A stretch of 64,000 nucleotides of DNA from Mytilus trossulus (Eukaryota): NCBI RefSeq assembly GCF_036588685.1, contig NC_086375.1, positions 63,178,001 to 63,242,000 of the forward strand, written 5' to 3'. Shown one piece after another: positions 60,586-64,000 of the stretch. The notes beneath the pieces are model-generated. The model did not search any database. It saw only the letters and a list, made by a program, of their open reading frames with translations, and was not told the origin of the DNA. A program made the position numbers and the translations under genes. Every line of letters begins with the position of its first letter. Positions within the stretch are counted from its first letter, which is position 1.

Positions 60586-63474
60586 TTCTTACAGGAGTTA
60601 ATGACCTTACTGACTGTCAGATGACTTCTTACAGGAGTTAATGACCTTACTGACTGTCAGATGACTTCTTACAGGAGTTAATGACCTTACTGACACAAAA
60701 TTATATTTATGTATCATTTGGAATCAATTTCAGATATTTAGAAACTTAAACAAGCAAAAATAATCAGTTCAACAAGATCTCCAAATAAGTCAAACATGGT
60801 CGAAACAATAAGACGACTTTTTAATACACATATTCCTTTAAAAAAGTATTATTGTTGCATTGTTTCATGCATCAATTGTAAACAAAAATTCAAGTGAACG
60901 ACACAGGCTCCTTGGAGCCTCTTGTTTTATTACCCGTAAAATCTCAACTATAAAAGCATAATCTCGAGCGCTCAAGAGGTGTAAGCAAGTCATGCTCCAC
61001 AAGTGATCTTTGATGTTGTGTTCATCGAAAGGAGAAAGCATGAGAAGTCATAATCGGGGAAACTTAAGAAAACGAATACAGTATTGTGGCTTCGACCGTG
61101 GCCATAAGTGACACATGCTTTATTTATATCTTTCTTCATTACAACTCTTCAATATTCTTTTTGTAGTGCTTTCTGACTGTCCAGGTGGTTTCGTCCATAA
61201 TGGAGATTCTTGTTACTTGTTTTCAATTCTTCGAGTCTCCTGGATACAAGCCATGGTAATATATTTGATGTGTACATGATCTAAAAACAAGACACATGTA
61301 ATTTTTTTAAAGATTTGGTATTTTGTCGTTTCATGACTAATTGCCAGATTCTATGTTTGGTTTGTTCACTGTTTTCCTCTTTACGCATCACTTTAAAACA
61401 CCAAATTTTCAGCAATAACGATTAAATAAAAAAAAAAAATAAACAACCACACGCAAGATCTTATCATTAAAGTCTAATTAATCTATTAATTCAAATACTG
61501 AATCATACTCCAAATGACAGTTGCTGTTGAAAATATTTTCAATTTATTTTGAAATGAATTTAAACTGCTAGATTCTTGCATAATGACGGTGCAGAATACT
61601 TTGCATACTCATAATCAACCTCATTATCTCGTACTGACAGTTGTTGAGTAAAAGTTTTGGAGAACCACACTGGAAATATTTCACTTTGACTACAAAAAAA
61701 AACGTAAATATTATTAAATTATGATTAATTATTTCAGAAATTTTGTGAAATTTACCAGGGAGAATTAGCAGTTATCGAGACAGAAGCAGAACAACTCTTT
61801 CTTGAAAGTTACCTTAATTCAACGTGGAAAAATGGTAATTTAACATGGTCTGAATTTAAAGAACTGATAAGACGCACTTTTTATCAAATTTAAATTAATC
61901 ATAATATTTAATATACAGTTTGTGAATTTTTAAGTTCTTTCTTCTTTATTTCTGACCTTTTTATTTTGTTTATGCTCCCAATATTTCTTCCAAATTCCAG
62001 GCTAATCGTATTTGATGAATCATCGGTTTGAAAAGGGTTGCTTTGTAAACTATGCAAGATAAGTTTCGAATTTCACAATAAAACAAATAAGATATATTAA
62101 AGAAACTGAAATATTGTTTATCTTACTACATGTATGGAACAGCAAATCAGACTGATGTTTGGATTAGTGGAACTGACTTGCTAGTGGATGGCGAGTGGAT
62201 CTGGGCTAAGGAAGGCAGGTCAATAGATTATTTTCGATGGGCTCCAGGACAACCAGACAGTTCACACATGAGCATGGGAGGAGAAGATTGTATTGAATTA
62301 GTTCGTGGTAACAACTTCATGTGGAATGATGCTCCTTGCGAAACGCACATCAACTTTGTCTGTGAACGCCCGTAAGTTTCCTTTTATATATCATGACATA
62401 TCAACTGTGTCTGTGAACGCACGTAAGTCTCCTATTATATGTCATGGCATATTAACTATGTCTGTGAACGCCTGTAAGTCTCCTTTTATATGTCATGATA
62501 TCAACTATGTCTGTGAACACCCGTAAGTCTCCTTTTATAGATCATGACATATCAAATGTGTCTGTGAACGCCTGTAAGTCTCCTTTTATATGTCATGACA
62601 TATCAACTATGTCTGTGAACACCCGTAAGTCTCCTTTTATAGATCATGACATATCAAATGTGTCTGTGAACGCCCGTAAGTTTCCTTTTATATGTCATGA
62701 CATATCAACTGTGTCTGTGAACGCCCATAAGTCTCCTGTTATATGTCATGACATATCAACTATGTCTGTGAACGCCCATAAGTCTCCTTTTAAATATCAT
62801 GACATATCAACTTTTTTGTGTGAACGCCCGTAAGTTTCCTTTTATATATCATTAAAAATCAATTTGAAATTGTTTTTTTTTATTTTATGTCATTTGCTTT
62901 AAATACTGATGTTCTGCTTTGTTGAATACCGTTATATTAATAAGTTCTGTCAGAATGGGCCGCTTGAAATTCCTATTGATTATTTTTTTGGACGATTGGC
63001 ATGAATTTAAAAGTATTGCTGTGAAGATTGCAAATATTCTCACAGAAAGTTTCCGTTCAGAATAGAAAATAAATTTAAAACCAAACATTAAATATGATTA
63101 TTAGATAAAGATGTTAATACGGTTAAATGTTAAGAAATTTGTACCAATCAAGTACTAATTTGTTTTTTACAATAATGTGCATCTATGTCAGATGAAACGT
63201 ACCTTGACGAAGTTGGATTACATGATGGTCATTTAATGCAAAGTTGCATTTTTAGAAACATGATTACAGTACTTTATTATCATTTTGTCAAAGTTTCACT
63301 TCTGTTTTGGGAAAATTGAATAATATGGGCACGAGAAAGTCAAACTGTAGATAACCAATACAACCAAAATCATTTATATACCCATCAGTAATATATAGGT
63401 CTGAAGATAATTTGCATCCAATCAAACAAACAATACATCTTCTTTTCAGATTTATGGTATCAGCGGACTCATAA
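58349..63474 (+). CDS. Secreted single-domain C-type lectin (perlucin-like), QPD/WND type ('lectin 2')
   Basis: Exons 58349-58406, 61167-61255 (DCPGGF..DSCYLF..SWIQAM), 61738-61834 (FCEIYQGELAVIETEAEQLF) and 62143-62371 (VWISGTD..GQPD..EDC..WNDAPC..FVCE). The last exon 63450-63474 (PFMVSADS*) is tentative; without it the ORF stops at 62375. Intron phases match lectin 1. Confidence 0.88.
60536..60694. repeat. 40-bp minisatellite, 4 copies
   Basis: Unit gtcagatgacttcttacaggagttaatgaccttactga(tc/ct). Only about 1.25 units are present in the first C copy. Confidence 0.92.
62348..62851 (+). repeat. 51-bp minisatellite, 10 copies, built from the lectin-2 exon-4 end plus its splice donor
   Basis: tgtgaac recurs at about 62361, 62412, 62463, 62512, 62563, 62614, 62665, 62716, 62767 and 62819. 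Confidence 0.92.
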
Positions 63475-64000
63475 TTTATCACTGATTAGTCTGTTATATG
63501 TATTGCCAAAGACTTGAAAGTTTAAGTCTGTATATGATTTGAAAGAAATAAAATATTGAAATCAAAAGAATAGTTTGAATACACCAAGTGTATTGGTGGT
63601 AATATCAGAGAGTAAAGGCAATTAAGTCTAGTATACTTAAATTGACACCAATTGTGAGGCACTCTAATATCTAAAATCATTTCCGTATAACTACATTACA
63701 TGTACATGTAATTTTGATTGACTGACAGCAACAATCGCGATGCTGTCCTGATGTCCAATATCGTTTTTATTTCTGCCAATCAAAATATAACGTGAGTCTC
63801 TAATTACGTTATTCCGGCTTTATCTGCCAATAAAAACTGATCACCACAAAATAGAATAATAGTGTTGAAAGTGGCGCTAAAACACAAATCAACCAATCAA
63901 TCAAACAATCAATTTGATTTCGTTATTCTCTTGTAAGAACGCAAACGCGAGTTAATATATATATATATAAGAAGATGTGGTATGAGTGCCAATGGGACAA

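Noticed and set aside
62305-62833. Repetitive ORFs (ISTMSVNARKSPFICHD)n and a possible CRISPR-like array
   Set aside because: This is a 51-bp head-to-tail minisatellite with no unique spacers, in a eukaryotic intron.

Overview
This is AT-rich, intron-containing animal DNA with one 841-N scaffold gap. The repeat families and perlucin-type lectins suggest a bivalve, probably Mytilus-like (inference). The left half holds a complete 6-exon PRORP/MRPP3 gene (minus strand), many nested non-autonomous transposons, an intronless BTB-BACK gene, and an apparently intact 5.0-kb DNA transposon (30-bp TIRs, 3-bp TSD, Sola2-like DDE transposase). The right half is dominated by a complex rearrangement. An ancestral order A-B-C-D has become A-B-C-[73-bp templated insert]-inverted A-C-D. 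This gives an 8,213-bp inverted repeat (34713-42925 / 48324-56536) and a 4,049-bp direct repeat (44200-48248 / 56537-60585). Segment C carries a 256-bp head-to-head interval shared by an EPN-type and a QPD-type C-type lectin gene. Both parent lectins stay intact. Each promoter copy now also points into foreign exons with matching splice phase, predicting two new in-frame chimeric secreted proteins. Main caveat: the copies look identical, so misassembly must be excluded. All exon models were read by hand from splice signals and reading frames, not from transcripts.
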